From: Veleropilina oligotropha | Taxonomy: Eukaryota | Direction of reading: 5' to 3' | Assembly (NCBI GenBank): GCA_048128005.1 | Contig: JBEUKZ010000006.1 | Coordinates: forward strand, 434,001 to 498,000 | Length of the DNA: 64,000 nt | Part shown: piece after piece, positions 1-11,932 of the stretch | Numbering within the stretch: the stretch's first letter is position 1 | Layout of the letters: each line of letters opens with the position of its first letter | Translations under genes and position numbers: made by a program | Notes under the pieces: generated by a model | Told to the model about the DNA's origin: nothing | Database searches by the model: none | The model's input: the letters and a program-made list of their open reading frames with translations, nothing else

Positions 1-1320
1 TTAATATTCGTATTCTGCCTTGCGCGTCCGACACTTGAACAGGACTGTTAGGACATAGTTCAAATCAAGCGGGTGATGTTGTTTACTCCAATGATTTGAG
101 CTAATAGAAGGGATGGCTTAAAAAAACTGTTACCCGTCATTCGAATGAAAAATTTAAACGAATGACATGTTCAGATTTTATTATGAATGAAAATTAAAAT
201 GTGGTCGTGAAACGAATCAATTCAATGGCTCTTAGTCAAGTCTTGTAAAACAGATACAAATTTATTTATAATTTACAATGAAATTATAGGCAAAACTGAT
301 TGCTACCAAAGATTCACAAGCACGGTATGTGCTTAGACGTAAAAATACTTACAGAAATAGACCTTGATTGGAGTTTTTCATATTCCAATAAACAAAGCCA
401 AGACAACTGATGAGGGAGAGCGACCAGGTCCGATCCCAAACTGCAATGATAATCTTATATTGTAGTTAATTATGAAACTTTTATCCACATTATTAATACT
501 AGCTTATAATTAGCACTACAGTACATTTTCATGATATATATTAAATTTTTGTGCCAAATGTCCAGACTCCTGCATGTAGAATTGTGTCGGAACATTTGGC
601 ACAAAAATGCGTATAGACGCTAACCAGTCAGGGGTTTGTTAGCTAAATTTGATGAAAATTAGCGATTGTTGTTTGAAATTTCAAATGGATTTGTGGGAGC
701 TTTTGAGGGAGTTATTAGACAATTGCATGCACAACTTAAATACTATTTTTATGTATTCGTTTATTCATTTACTATAGTATACTTTAATAGGTCTCCTTGC
801 AAAGTATTTCATACTACATGGTTGGATAAAAAATTGGATCTCTGTCTTATTTATTCATACAATATTAGATCTTTATCTAGATCACAGATTTCATTCATGT
901 TATCACAAGATAACTTGATACAGTAGCTTAATTGCCAAATCACACTATCCTTTGATTGCATTGTTCATATGACTGCAATTCCTGTGCATTCATTTGGTCA
1001 GTTTGTTCATTAGATCAAAACAATAGTTTTACCCATAATTTGAACATGCAGGTTAACATTGAAACTTGTATTATTTATGCATCTTATTTGCTCAGGCTCC
1101 TCTGACTTTACTTCCATGGATAAAACAGGACAAATGTGACATAACAATATAACCTTAGCCACTTAAAAGTACTAGTATGTAAAATCGCTAAACACAAAAG
1201 TTAATGCGATTTCGTTGTTGATGTGATAATAGAGGGATCATATGCTGTTGAAAGCTATGCAGCTGCAAGCATCACACAACGCAAGGTCTCGGCTGGTGAA
1301 GTTCAGTCATTCATATTCAC

Positions 1321-1544
1321 CTTCTATTGTATGGGTGGATCGCTACGTCGCGTAACACGTCGACAATCCGCACGCCACTTTCTTCACCCTCCTCATGCAA
1401 CTGTGCAATGCAAGATTTTGCCAACTCCCACTGTCCCAAATACAAATTGTTGCAGAATGCTTGGTACAAAAGTTTCCAAGAATGTTGCTTTTCCTCTCCA
1501 ACGCAGATAACATTACGAACATCATTTTCCTGATTATTTTCCAT
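1321..1544 (-). CDS. ZFYVE26: First coding exon of zinc finger FYVE domain protein 26 (spastizin); the rest of the gene lies left of the window
   Basis: Translation GEEKQHSWKLLYQAFCNNLYLGQWELAKSCIAQL..IVDVLRDVAIHP resembles the spastizin N-terminus as I recall it (GKEEAASQKQLFGFFCECLRRGEWELAQACVPQL..VEDILQALVVCP). The exon ends at a phase-2 donor, AG|GTGAAT, at 1321/1320. Confidence 0.8.
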
Positions 1545-1599
1545 TTTTCATTTTGGCTCATAAAATGTTTTGAAATGTTTAAATTAAATCTGTTTCAAA

Positions 1600-2070
1600 G
1601 TATGACCCGAGTCGCCATTTTGTTAAAGGTGTTTTGATCACATGAACATTCAACCTTTGACCTTTGTGCATCTCCAACATAAGAACTAGGTTTTAAGTAG
1701 ATTTGAATTTTACGTGACAAATAATGGTAAAACTGTAATAAAACCAAACTGAGTTTATTTTTCGAATAGTCGCAGTTTCATCGTGACCCGCCATATCAAC
1801 CAATGAAAATCAACTTGTTGTTTATGCGGCAAGTTCGAAAGCAAAAATATTACACGCATAAAATTGCTAAAATGTGAAATATAACCCAAATAATATGCCG
1901 CAGTAACAAACACGTTAGAGTGAGTATTGGGGAGTATTTAGTAATGTGTCAGGTAATTACGATTATTAAATTAAGCACACGCTCGGCTTTTTTACCAAAA
2001 TAATTTGATTTCGCGCGATTGTATGCAAACATGTCTGGACACATGTCATCATGACATGTCCAAATTTACT
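1600..2070. promoter_or_regulatory. Probable shared (divergent) promoter region of ZFYVE26 and NEK2
   Basis: Lies between two divergently oriented genes. Contains a YY1-like CAAAATGGCGAC (minus, 1611-1622), CCAAT (~1800) and an E2F consensus TTTCGCGC (2009-2016). Confidence 0.45.
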
Positions 2071-2168
2071 ACTGTTGGTCGTCTTTGTGGTCGTGTCGTT
2101 GCCTGCTCTGTGGTGTCGTTACATTATCACTTCTGTTAAGATATATATTGATATGTTGGACAGTCGAT

Positions 2169-2380
2169 ATGGAGTACACATTTGCAGAAGATAGTATTGC
2201 ATCGGAAAATAGACATAAACGTTTTGTTGTTCAAGGAAATCTTGTTGAAGCAGTTAGACCCCAGAAAGAAACATATCCAAAAAGCAGTATTGATAGTCTA
2301 TCTACTAAAGCTAACGAGAATGAAATTCTTAAGCTGGTATCAGAATATCACTCAAAGAGAAACTCTTACAAGTCGCACAC
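2169..2380 (+). CDS. Putative upstream exon of NEK2 (in-frame N-terminal extension or 5' leader exon)
   Basis: ATG-started open frame MEYTFAED..SYKSH ends at a consensus donor AC|GTAAGT (2380/2381). Splicing to the TTTTAG acceptor at 3690 reads ACG CCA AGA ATG, in frame with NEK2. Confidence 0.35.
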
Positions 2381-2545
2381 GTAAGTCACCATGTAAACAT
2401 TTCAAATGTTATTGTTGTTAAATATTGATTAACATAATGTCATTTTGAGTCTAATTATGATTGTTACAACAACTCTGTTTGTGTCAATCAAACAGCACAG
2501 ATTTCTCAAAATGAAAATAAAATGATCTTGCCAGACACTTTAAAT

Positions 2546-2967
2546 AGACTATTACCGTAAATGCGCTCTTTTTCTTTGAAAAGAAAACTAACTGCATTAC
2601 ACTTTTTATTTATAACATAAAAAGTTAGGAATTTTCAACACTCAACTTTCGTCAGTAATTTGCTACCGTTTAAATTAATCGCTAATGAAGATTTCAAAAT
2701 AATTAAAAGAAGTCCGCTTTTAATGATCTCGCACCGAGTGACATTTCCAATTGATCTAGTTGGAGCAAAGTTGTGCAGGTTTCTGCTCGTCAAGTAAGAT
2801 AGCTACATCTATTTGACAATAATATTATTATATATTGCCCATTTACAATAATAAGTTCAATAAAAATCTTTCATTTGATCATATCATTATCTTCGCGAAA
2901 TTTGTATCAATCGGCGCGAACCGTGCGAAAGAGGCGGATCAGTCATGCTACACAGTCATGAAAAGAG
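2546..2967 (-). mobile_element. Truncated copy of the MITE found complete at 21028-21472
   Basis: Shares the TIR (AGACTATTACCGTAAATGCGCTCTTTT) and the internal sequence with 21028-21472, in the opposite orientation. Confidence 0.7.
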
Positions 2968-3697
2968 TTTCAATCGAGATAGTTGAAATAATTAGCAATT
3001 TGATTCGGATGCATTTCTCATCCGTGTACTCGTCCAATAAAAATAAGTTTTCTGTACAGCACTTTTGATAGTTGAAAAAATCCCAGTAGGAACTTCTTCT
3101 TTTTGCTACCAATAATCTGTAAATATGCTGCGAAGAGCGCTGAGCGTGGAATCTCTGAAATGTTGATCAAACTTATGAGGGAGATTGTGATGTGCCGTGT
3201 TGCAGCCTTTTCCTGACAAAATTGTCTGCCCAGCATCTGTGTATTCTTCATCGTTTTTTTGAAGAAATTGTTTTTTTGCAGAACAATAGCTAAATATTCT
3301 TCATGCAGTAATTCCCCCAATACGAGTGGTATTTCCATGACGAAAGGGTCAAGCCAATTCACAAGCATATAATTTTAACACATCGGTTTCGGATCGGATT
3401 TATCATTAAAGTGAACACCCCAATCCGATTCACATCTGATCTGTATAAATGGAAGCGTAGCTTAATGCTTCACAGAAAATCGATACTTGAAAATCTGGTT
3501 TGCATGCCACGATGTGTATATTTCTTACACCAATTGTTACCATCAGAAACAAACATTTTATTTTGGTAGAGATCATGTCTTTCGATACCCCCAAAATATA
3601 TGAGTGAGAGTGGACATGCAGAGTGATAAATTCTAACGTAGCAGTCTTTCGCATTATAAATAATTAATGCAATGCATTTGAAAATTTTAGGCCAAGA

Positions 3698-3793
3698 ATG
3701 CCGACTTCCTTGGACGATTTTGAGGTGATCTGTGAGATCGGATCGGGATCTTATGGTACCTGCAAGAAAGTCCGGAGGAAGAAGGATGGCAAG
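3698..3793 (+). CDS. NEK2: NEK2 coding exon 1 (MPTSLDDFEVICEIGSGSYGTCKKVRRKKDGK)
   Basis: Kinase glycine loop GSGSYG; donor AAG|GTAATG; an acceptor (TTTTAG) ends 8 nt upstream of the ATG. Confidence 0.93.
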
Positions 3794-4050
3794 GTAATGG
3801 TCACGGGTGTATTTACGGTACTACATAAGGTGAATGCGGCATATTTAGCATCAGAATTTTTAAATATTTTTTACCATGAAAGCAATTAGGAAAATTCATG
3901 TGATCCATGATTAACGAGTTCATAACAAGTAAAGTAATTGCCATTGATTATTACCTGATATCTGCAGTCCTGTTACTGTATATGAAACCAGACATTATCG
4001 ATGCTTGATATAACAGACACAATCATTCAGTTAACTGTTACTAGTACATT

Positions 4051-4282
4051 GATAACTCAACTGGTCGAGTGTCGGTAAAGGCGTTAAGATTCCCGCTCCG
4101 GCGTGACTTTTTTTAACACTTAAAAGTAATAGAATGGATGCTTAAAACCACGTCACCCGTCTTTCAAAGGAGACGTTAAACCGAGGTTTAGACAACAGAT
4201 GCGACTGAAAAATTGTCAAAATGTGGTCGAAAACTAAACCGCTTTACTAAAAATGTGGTCATAAAACTAAACCGCTTTACTC
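4051..4282 (+). mobile_element. tRNA-derived SINE copy
   Basis: Shares CCCGCTCCGGCGTG..GTAATAGAATG..GGAGACGTTAAACCGAG..ATGTGGTC with 6104-6325. Related fragments occur at ~100-225, ~5050-5430 and ~19840-20200. Confidence 0.6.
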
Positions 4283-4449
4283 ACATTGATTTGAATACTT
4301 CAAATTTTGCTAAAAGAGCATGTTTGTTATGAACAGTAGCTACATTTATGATTAACAGTGAGTGGATGAAGAATTAGTACTGTACATAGTAGTATTTGTA
4401 TTAAAGGTGTACATATGGTACCGTTACATGTATTGTTCTACTGTTACAG

Positions 4450-4667
4450 TTGATGGTATGGAAGGAAATGGACTATGGCTCCATGTCCGAGATAGAAAAA
4501 CAAATGCTGGTCTCTGAGGTGAACCTGTTGCGTGAACTTCGACACAAGAACATCGTCCGGTATTTTGACCGAATTATTGACAGAGGCAGCACGCGGATCT
4601 ACATCCTGATGGAGTACTGCGAAGGGGGAGACCTTGCTGCCATCATCTCAAAGCACCGGAAAGAAGG
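4450..4667 (+). CDS. NEK2: NEK2 exon 2 (LMVWKEMDYGSMSEIEKQMLVSEVNLLRELRHKNIVRY..MEYCEGGDL)
   Basis: NEK2-typical VWKE and LVSEVNLLREL motifs; CAG| acceptor and GG|GTAGGG donor give consistent phases. Confidence 0.95.
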
Positions 4668-5093
4668 GTAGGGAATCTGAGGAACCCAAGTACGGAACGT
4701 CGCCATGCATATATTCAATTAGTTGTGCATGTACATATCTTCAAAATTTTGAACCCATCCTCAAATAATTGAACACTCCAGTTGTATGAAAGGTACAATT
4801 CAATTACACATGTTTCAAATACAACCTATCTTTTATTGATTTGATTTATACATATGATTCAATTATTTGAAGATTGGAACAATCATTTGAAAATAAGAAA
4901 ATATGTATGACCAGTCTTCCACTCATAATATCATCATGTATTTTAGCATGTACATGTACCTTAAAGTTTGACTGTCTTCAATGGACTAGTTCCACACTAC
5001 CAGTCCTCGAAAGCTCAACAGGTCGAGCATACAATAAACGTACATTTAGTTAGCCTGTAGCATGAATGCATGGCGTGGCTTATTCTAACGCAT

Positions 5094-5375
5094 AAAACTA
5101 ATACAAGGGATCGATTAAAACTAATACAAGGGATCGATTAAAACTAATACAAGGGATCGATTAAAACTAATACAAGGGATCGATTAAAACTAATACAAGG
5201 GATCGATTAAAACTAATACAAGGGATCGATTAAAACTAATACAAGGGATCGATTAAAACTAATACAAGGGATCGATTAAAACTAATACAAGGGATCGATT
5301 AAAACTAATACAAGGGATCGATTAAAACTAATACAAGGGATCGATTAAAACTAATACAAGGGATCGATTAAAACT
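5094..5375 (+). repeat. Minisatellite, 12 x 23 bp (AAAACTAATACAAGGGATCGATT)
   Basis: Twelve identical head-to-tail units without spacers, embedded in a SINE copy. Confidence 0.95.
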
Positions 5376-5446
5376 CATCCTTGAAAAGGAGACATTAAAC
5401 CGATTTTCTGACTACATACGATTCTATACTAAAATGATCACTTCGC

Positions 5447-6107
5447 ATCGTCACCTTGAAATTTAGTGAAGAATGACATTTTGAGTTTAGTTCTCAGGCA
5501 TGTCTAAGCCAGTTTACATTTCTCTTCATAATTTGATCCAACTTATGAGTTTCCATCTTTTTATCATCAGCTATATTCATAAAGGGAAATCATATATCGT
5601 AAAGAAAGCTTTGATGCAAATATTTGGGATAAAATGTAAATATCGTTACAGTATCCCAACTGTTTTAAACAATATATTAGAATTCAAGTAACCATCTTTA
5701 TATTGATACCAATTCTTTTCATATTCATCTAAATATTCTGTTATTGACTGGACATGTAGGAAATCTAAAAATGGTTACTTGAATTCTCATATATTGCCTT
5801 TGTTATATATAAACTTATATTAACAATTTCTAATCTAATTGTTTACTTATCTTGAAAGCACTGTATTAGCAGATACCTTGTTTCAAACAGTTGGGATACT
5901 GTAACGATATTTACATTTTATCCCAAATATTTGCATCAAAGCTTTCTTTACGTTATATGATTTCCCTTTATCAATTAATATAGTTGATGATAAAAAGATG
6001 GAGACTCATAAGTTGAATCAATTTCTGAAGAGAAAGGTAAACTGGCTTAGATATGCCTGAGAACTAAACTCAAAATGTCATTCTTCAATAAATTTCAAGG
6101 TGACGAT
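5447..6107. mobile_element. Fold-back element/MITE with ~225-bp imperfect terminal inverted repeats
   Basis: 5447-5672 (ATCGTCACCTTGAAATTTA..CCCAACTGTTT) is the reverse complement of 5879-6107. Confidence 0.85.
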
Positions 6108-6325
6108 AGCGGAACTGGTAGAGCGTCGCAAAAACGTTAAGTGTGATGTGGGTTCTCCTCCCGCTCCGGCGTGGCTTATTTTAACGCTTAAAGGTAATAG
6201 AATGATTGGCTTAAAAACCTGTTACCGTCCTTGGAGACGTTAAACCGAGATTCCGATTACAGATAGAACGGAAAAATTGTCAACATGTGGTCATAAAAAT
6301 AAATTCATTCAATCAATGAATCAAT
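6104..6325 (+). mobile_element. tRNA-derived SINE copy
   Basis: A-box-like TAGCGGAACTGGTAGAGCG, degenerate B-box GGTTCTCCTCCCG, and a TCAA-repeat tail. Confidence 0.65.
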
Positions 6326-6401
6326 TATTACTGCATTATTATAAGGTAACCTGCAAAAGGTATTATTGTTTAAGATAACATGAACATTTTCCTTAATGCA
6401 G

Positions 6402-6639
6402 AACACATATGGAGGAGGACTTCATCTGGAAGATACTCATTCAGATGACTCAGTCATTGAAGGAATGTCACCGCCGTAAGAACGGGAAATCAGTGTTACA
6501 CCGCGACTTGAAACCAGCAAACATATTTCTAGACTCACAAAGGAATGTCAAGTTGGGAGATTTTGGATTGGCACGAGTGTTACAACACGATACAAGTTTC
6601 GCAAAAACGTTTGTTGGTACACCCTATTACATGTCGCCA
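6402..6639 (+). CDS. NEK2: NEK2 exon 3 (catalytic loop HRDLKPAN, DFGLAR, FAKTFVGTPYYMSP)
   Basis: NIMA-family kinase motifs; GCAG| acceptor and CCA|GTAAGT donor. Confidence 0.97.
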
Positions 6640-6716
6640 GTAAGTTAATAAATTACTCACTGAATATAAGATTTTGGATGGACCGATCACCGTAGGTCTT
6701 GGTCATTTTCTATTAA

Positions 6717-7334
6717 AGTTGCATTACCCGTACGTAGCGAAAAATGCTTTTAGTTTTAAACCCTAGACTGCAAACGTATTTTTGCCAGTTGGCTAAAATT
6801 AGAAACTTTGCAATTTTTCCAAAAAATTCTCTAGGCGGAGTCCGTGAAGCGCCTACGAATTAAAAGTAAAAAATAATAAAACTGGACCCCTGTTGTATTA
6901 TTTGAGTGACGGATGTTCGTCGAATGGAATTTCGTGAAGTTGGGCACTGTCGAAGTTAACTTGCCATGGGTTTTGTGGACAGTTGAGCTGCAAACTTATC
7001 ACTAATTCACTATTTTACGGTACTGTCACATCGCATGCAACTTCGATAATTAATTATTCGTTTCGATCAAAATTATACTCGAAAATGGCCGAGTCGTCTC
7101 ATTCATCAAAGGTCGAATTTGGGAATTGCACGCATCCTTGGTAATTATAATGGCGGATAGATCGAACGATTTCAGCGACGAGCACCGATTTCAGCAGTGA
7201 TTTTTTATTATAATACAACAAACAATGTAGATTCTTTCACTTTGAATCATCAAATCTTTTTTTAACATCTACATATAGCTATAGGTAAGCAAGGCATTTG
7301 AGGGCATTATGTCATAATTAAGGGCAATGCAACT
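6717..7334. mobile_element. Non-autonomous DNA transposon with TTAA target duplication (Kolobok-like ends)
   Basis: TTAA-AGTTGCATTACCC ... GGGCAATGCAACT-TTAA. Confidence 0.7.
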
Positions 7335-7681
7335 TTAAGAGATGATGATGACGTAAAAAGTATGGATCTGGAGCAACAATAAACGTCTCGATCGGGGGGT
7401 TCTGGAGATATGTCAATCTCATATGAGCCCTTCTAATGCACACATCAGTTTAGTTCATCGGTTATCTTTTCCAAGATTGATTTATAATTGAAAATATAAT
7501 GCTGTCATTATTTCTTTGTGAGAATCAGGTGCAAGGAGTTCTGTTTTCTGCCAACAATTGACTGAAAGGTCAACATATAGCAAAATAATGTTTATGTTAA
7601 ATTTTATAAAATTTAATTATATCTCTATTTTTAGCTGTTCTGCAGTTTTATACCTTTTAATTTAAACACGACTAATTTCAG

Positions 7682-7891
7682 GAGCTCGTGAACAACAAGG
7701 CATATAATGAGAAGTCGGACATTTGGTCGCTCGGCTGCATCCTGTACGAGATGTGTGCCCTGCATCCTCCATTCACTGCCAGCGGAGTTGTGGAATTAAA
7801 CAAAAAGATTCGTGTCGGAGAATTCGCTCGAATACCCTCGAGGCTTTCAGATGACCTGAATGCCATCATTAGCAAGATGCTAACTGTGGAC
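7682..7891 (+). CDS. NEK2: NEK2 exon 4 (ELVNNKAYNEKSDIWSLGCILYEMCALHPPF..)
   Basis: Kinase subdomains IX-X; TTTCAG| acceptor and GAC|GTAGGT donor. Confidence 0.95.
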
Positions 7892-8250
7892 GTAGGTTGA
7901 GGGTTATCCATACGTGATCTATTGTGTTTTGAGTAATTCTCCACATATTCGTTTTGATGTTAACACCATTGTCTACAACCATTCAAACACTTTTGAGTTA
8001 TTTTATATTTGATGCATGTACATATTTTTTATTTGTAGTATTATCGACATGTTATAGCTCTTCTTAATGCACTTTTCTTACAGAATGACCATAATAAATC
8101 ATTTCAGAAACTCCATAAAATTTATTTCTTTCATACAGTATATGATTACTTGACTGTTTTTAAGTAAAATAATTTAGTAATTACTGCAGTAAACCATAGG
8201 ATCTAGACATTTAGCCGGTGACTTGATGTTGCTAAATGTATTTCGTACAG

Positions 8251-8431
8251 GATGAGAAGCGGCCAACCATCAATGATATTTTAAGTGATCACCTAGTCCT
8301 GCTGAATCAATGTCGTCTGGAGAGAAGCTCGTCACCGCAGTCTGACGTCTCTCCCGAAAAACAGCATCAACTAGAAGACAAACTGGTATCCATTCACAAA
8401 CAGCTGCAAGCCAAAGAAAAGGAACTGGACA
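8251..8431 (+). CDS. NEK2: NEK2 exon 5 (DEKRPTINDIL..QLQAKEKELD)
   Basis: Subdomain XI RP followed by the start of the leucine zipper; TACAG| acceptor and A|GTAAGT donor. Confidence 0.9.
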
Positions 8432-8784
8432 GTAAGTTACTGCATTGTTTGCTAGTGCATATCTCTAGACCTTACTCCGCTGTTCCCATAAATTATATGC
8501 AAACAACTGAATTAATATGCAGTATTCAAATATTAAATTTGGTTCTGCTGCATCACCAAGCCTTATCCACACATCTTGGTTGTACTTTTTGTCTATTTAC
8601 ACTCTTAATTGTATGAAATTAAAATTTGTTTCGTATAAACGTATTGTAACTGATTGATTGGAGGCAGGCCAGCGAGAGGTGCACGAAGGCAGGTCATCCA
8701 ATGTGTCATCCTATATATATATTTCTTCCCATGACAATATCATGATTTTTTCCAAACTTGTAATTAGTTTTAATTTGCTTATAG

Positions 8785-8839
8785 GTAGGGAAAGGAGCAT
8801 TTTACTCCGTGAAAAGATTGCTGATGAAAAGTTAAAAAG
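8785..8839 (+). CDS. NEK2: NEK2 exon 6 (RERSILLREKIADEKLK)
   Basis: Resembles the NEK2 leucine-zipper segment (RERLAEDKLAR). Its phase 1/2 ends fit the neighbouring exons. Confidence 0.85.
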
Positions 8840-10187
8840 GTATGTGCTATCAAACATTTTAATACTGTAAATCAACAAATATTCACGAATACCGGTACTT
8901 AATTTCCCGAATGTCAACAGTTCGCGTAGATTTAATTTCGCGTATCCTAATAAGATAAGTTATATATTTTTCAACAGACATTTTTCGTAATAGATACCCT
9001 AAATCTTATAAAGGCTAAATTACTTCATTGAAACCTTTTGTTAGTGCTCACTCTTGTTATACGGGTGGGATGTATCGTGGTCACAGGTGACATTTAATTG
9101 CACACATGAATAATCCGATTATACGATAGCACATCGTCAAATCAATTAACACAATTAACGACAGAAACAATTAGAAAACCAGTAGATGCTCTTTTACATT
9201 TAATAACTTTTAATGAGATGATGGGATAAATAGTGTATAAATGCAAACTGAAAGGTTAATTAATTTGACAATAGCAAGTGTTGTATAAAGCAAAATAATG
9301 ATTGACGGAAGTGCAGACTGACAATATATTTTGAACCTACATGAACGTTCCTTAAGTAAATGTTAATTTTATATAGTATTTTATTTATTTAATGCAAAGG
9401 CCGAAGTAGGACATAATATTTATTCGCATAAGTAACACTTGTTTGGCAAAATTACGACAATGATAAACCAACGGATTAATTTATGCTTCATCCGCGGGTA
9501 CTTTAGCAATGGCGTCCAGCAAAAAAATCGCTATATCTGATTACAATTTTTAATTTCCTTGCTTATTAAAGATGTATTTTGTTGTCCCACGCCGCCTGTC
9601 GGGGGACATAGTATCCGCGTTCGTGCATCCGTCCGTGCGCCCGTCCCGGATTTTGTCACATCTTTTTTTGCCATTTAGAGAAATGCGAGCTTTCCGAAAC
9701 TTTACAGATCAACTAACCACATCATTGGGTAGATCAAGTTCGAATATTGGAAATTTATTTTGAAAACTTTTGTTTTTTTGGCGACTTTTCGGCAATTTTG
9801 AACATAGTCTCTGGAAGCATGGATGTGGTATATTTCTCACATCTTTTTTTTCATTTAGGGAAATGTGAGCTTTACGAAACTTTACAGATGAACTAAGCAC
9901 ATCATTGGGTAGATCAAGTTCGAATATTGGGAATATATTTTGCAAACTTGTGTTTTTTTGGCGACTTTCCTGTGAATTTGAACATAGCCTCTGGAAGCAT
10001 TGATATGGTCAATTTCTCACATTATTTTTTTCCATTTAGAGAAATACTAGCTTTCTGAAACTTTACAGATTTACCAACCACACCATTGGGTATATCAAGT
10101 TCGAATATTGTGAAATTATTTTTAAAACGTTTTTTGGTGACTTTTCGACATAGTCTCTGGAAGCATGGATGTGATTTTCTCACAATA

Positions 10188-10897
10188 TTTGTCTCGCCCG
10201 TAGGGAAAGAGATATTGGTATTGCTTTACCCCTTCACCCCCCTCATGCTCCCCCCGCCTCCCCCCTCATGTTCACCCCCCCCCCCCCCCCTCATGCTCAC
10301 CCCACCCCCCAAGTTTAATTATTGTGTTAAGGTTTTGCGTATTGCTTCCAGATGATATATTGGTCTCCACTACAATGTACATCAGTTCAATTTTAAACTT
10401 CACGTGTATAAACCTGTTAAACATGTTAATCCTTCAGATTTGCTCACCCTCACCCCCTCCCCCGAAAAAAATAAATTTACATATTTATTTTCGCTGCGCA
10501 TACACAAATTTTAATTATGCCTTGATATATTGAGGATAGAAAAGAAACAGATATTTTTTTAAGTATGATGAAAGGGACATGTGCTTATCTGTAAGACTTG
10601 CTCACTGCCAATACGCAAAGTAAGCTGTTAAGCTTAATGGTCACTCTGTGAAGCTGGGATTCTCAAAATCAGATGGATTTTGAAAACTGGCTTCTCCACT
10701 GGTTTATTCCATGGGTATCTTGAGATGGCAGTGTATATTGTCATTACAAGAACAGACTGTATCAAGTGTCTAATATCACTCTCCTCAGCTGGTCAAGGTT
10801 CAAGTCATTGTGTCCCCTGACAATAGGCCGAGATACTATGATTTTGTCATGGTTTAGCTGGGGTGGGCGAGACATATAATTCCGCGGAATGTATTGT
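10188..10897 (+). mobile_element. Second HINE-like element nested in the first
   Basis: Begins TTTGTCTCGCCC and ends GGGCGAGACA followed by the short palindrome ATTCCGCGGAAT and TTGT; contains C-rich tracts. Confidence 0.5.
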
Positions 10898-11482
10898 ATT
10901 CATATTGGGAATTTCTAGCTTTCTGAAACTTTACCGATCAATTAATTACATCATTAGGTAGATCAAGTTCCAATATTGGGAATTTTGAAAACTTTTATGT
11001 ATTTCGTGATATTGAATATAGTCTCTGGACACATGGATGTTGTCAATTTTGTCACAACTAACTTTTTCAAATTAGAGAAATGCTAGCTGTACGAAGCTGT
11101 CATGGAGTAAGTTCGGATATGGGGGGTCGCTTCGACAGCTGTGTGGTATCGGGGTGGACTCAGAAAATCACTGACTTGATTCCTCTGACGCGAACAGTAT
11201 TGCCAATGTGGGTTCAAACCCTGCCTGGAGCATGACATTATTTGTCCAAATTATGAATCACAGTTGTCCATAACTGGTCCAATAGGGCGAGCTTTCCTCC
11301 CGCGATAATACGTTTTGTCCTGGTTTGAACCTAAATAAGTTGGAAATATACAGGACAATAAGCATTGATCCTTTCCTTTTTGAATATGGGGAATGTTTTT
11401 TGAAATTTATGGATTTTTTGGCGATTTTGTACATAGTCTCTGTAAGCATGGATGTGGTCAATTTTCTCACATGCACTAATAT

Positions 11483-11930
11483 TGGATAAAAGGGAAATAG
11501 CATTGCTCTTTTAATTGTCAGACAGTGTGTGTGTGGCTGGTTTCCATTCCAGTGAAAACAAATTGGTAACTTGATGCAGTCTTGTCCATTGGCAGATGTC
11601 CTCTTGTCAACTTTGTAAAAGTCAACTTTGGGGTTAATGACTTTCGCAGATAAGCCTGGCTGATGCAGAATAAATTGGCTGTAGGAAGCATAATAGTTTA
11701 GTGTCTACTAGAAATTTAGTGTTGCTGGATACTCATGTATATATGTTAGTTTAGTAAAATATTTAACCATCATCAAAGGCTTGCGTTGTTCCAATAATAG
11801 TGGAACGGAGTACCTGCTGGATAGAATCTTGAATTGTTATAATTACACAACCGAGTTAATAAGATCCAACTTCGTAATAGGACACAATAATCGTGTGTCC
11901 CAATAGAGAACGTTATTGGTCTCAAGACTA
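11483..11930 (+). repeat. 5' LTR of the BEL/Pao element (448 bp)
   Basis: Direct repeat of 18331-18763; I count about 4 substitutions plus one 15-bp indel. Confidence 0.93.
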
Positions 11931-11932
11931 AT

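Noticed and set aside
400..470. Hammerhead-like CTGATGA-GGGA..TCCC-AAAC
   Set aside because: The essential G of GAAA is missing and no convincing stem I forms; ACCAGGTCCGAT also appears in reverse at ~20188 at the end of a SINE-like repeat.
3018..3368. 116-aa minus-strand ORF upstream of NEK2
   Set aside because: No recognisable motif or supporting splice structure.
5094..5375. CRISPR-like appearance of the 23-bp, 36-bp (22879) and 47-bp (31624) arrays
   Set aside because: Units are contiguous with no unique spacers, no cas genes are present, and the context is eukaryotic.
6104..6170. tRNA gene
   Set aside because: A/B boxes are degenerate, no cloverleaf forms, and the sequence continues into a repeated SINE body.
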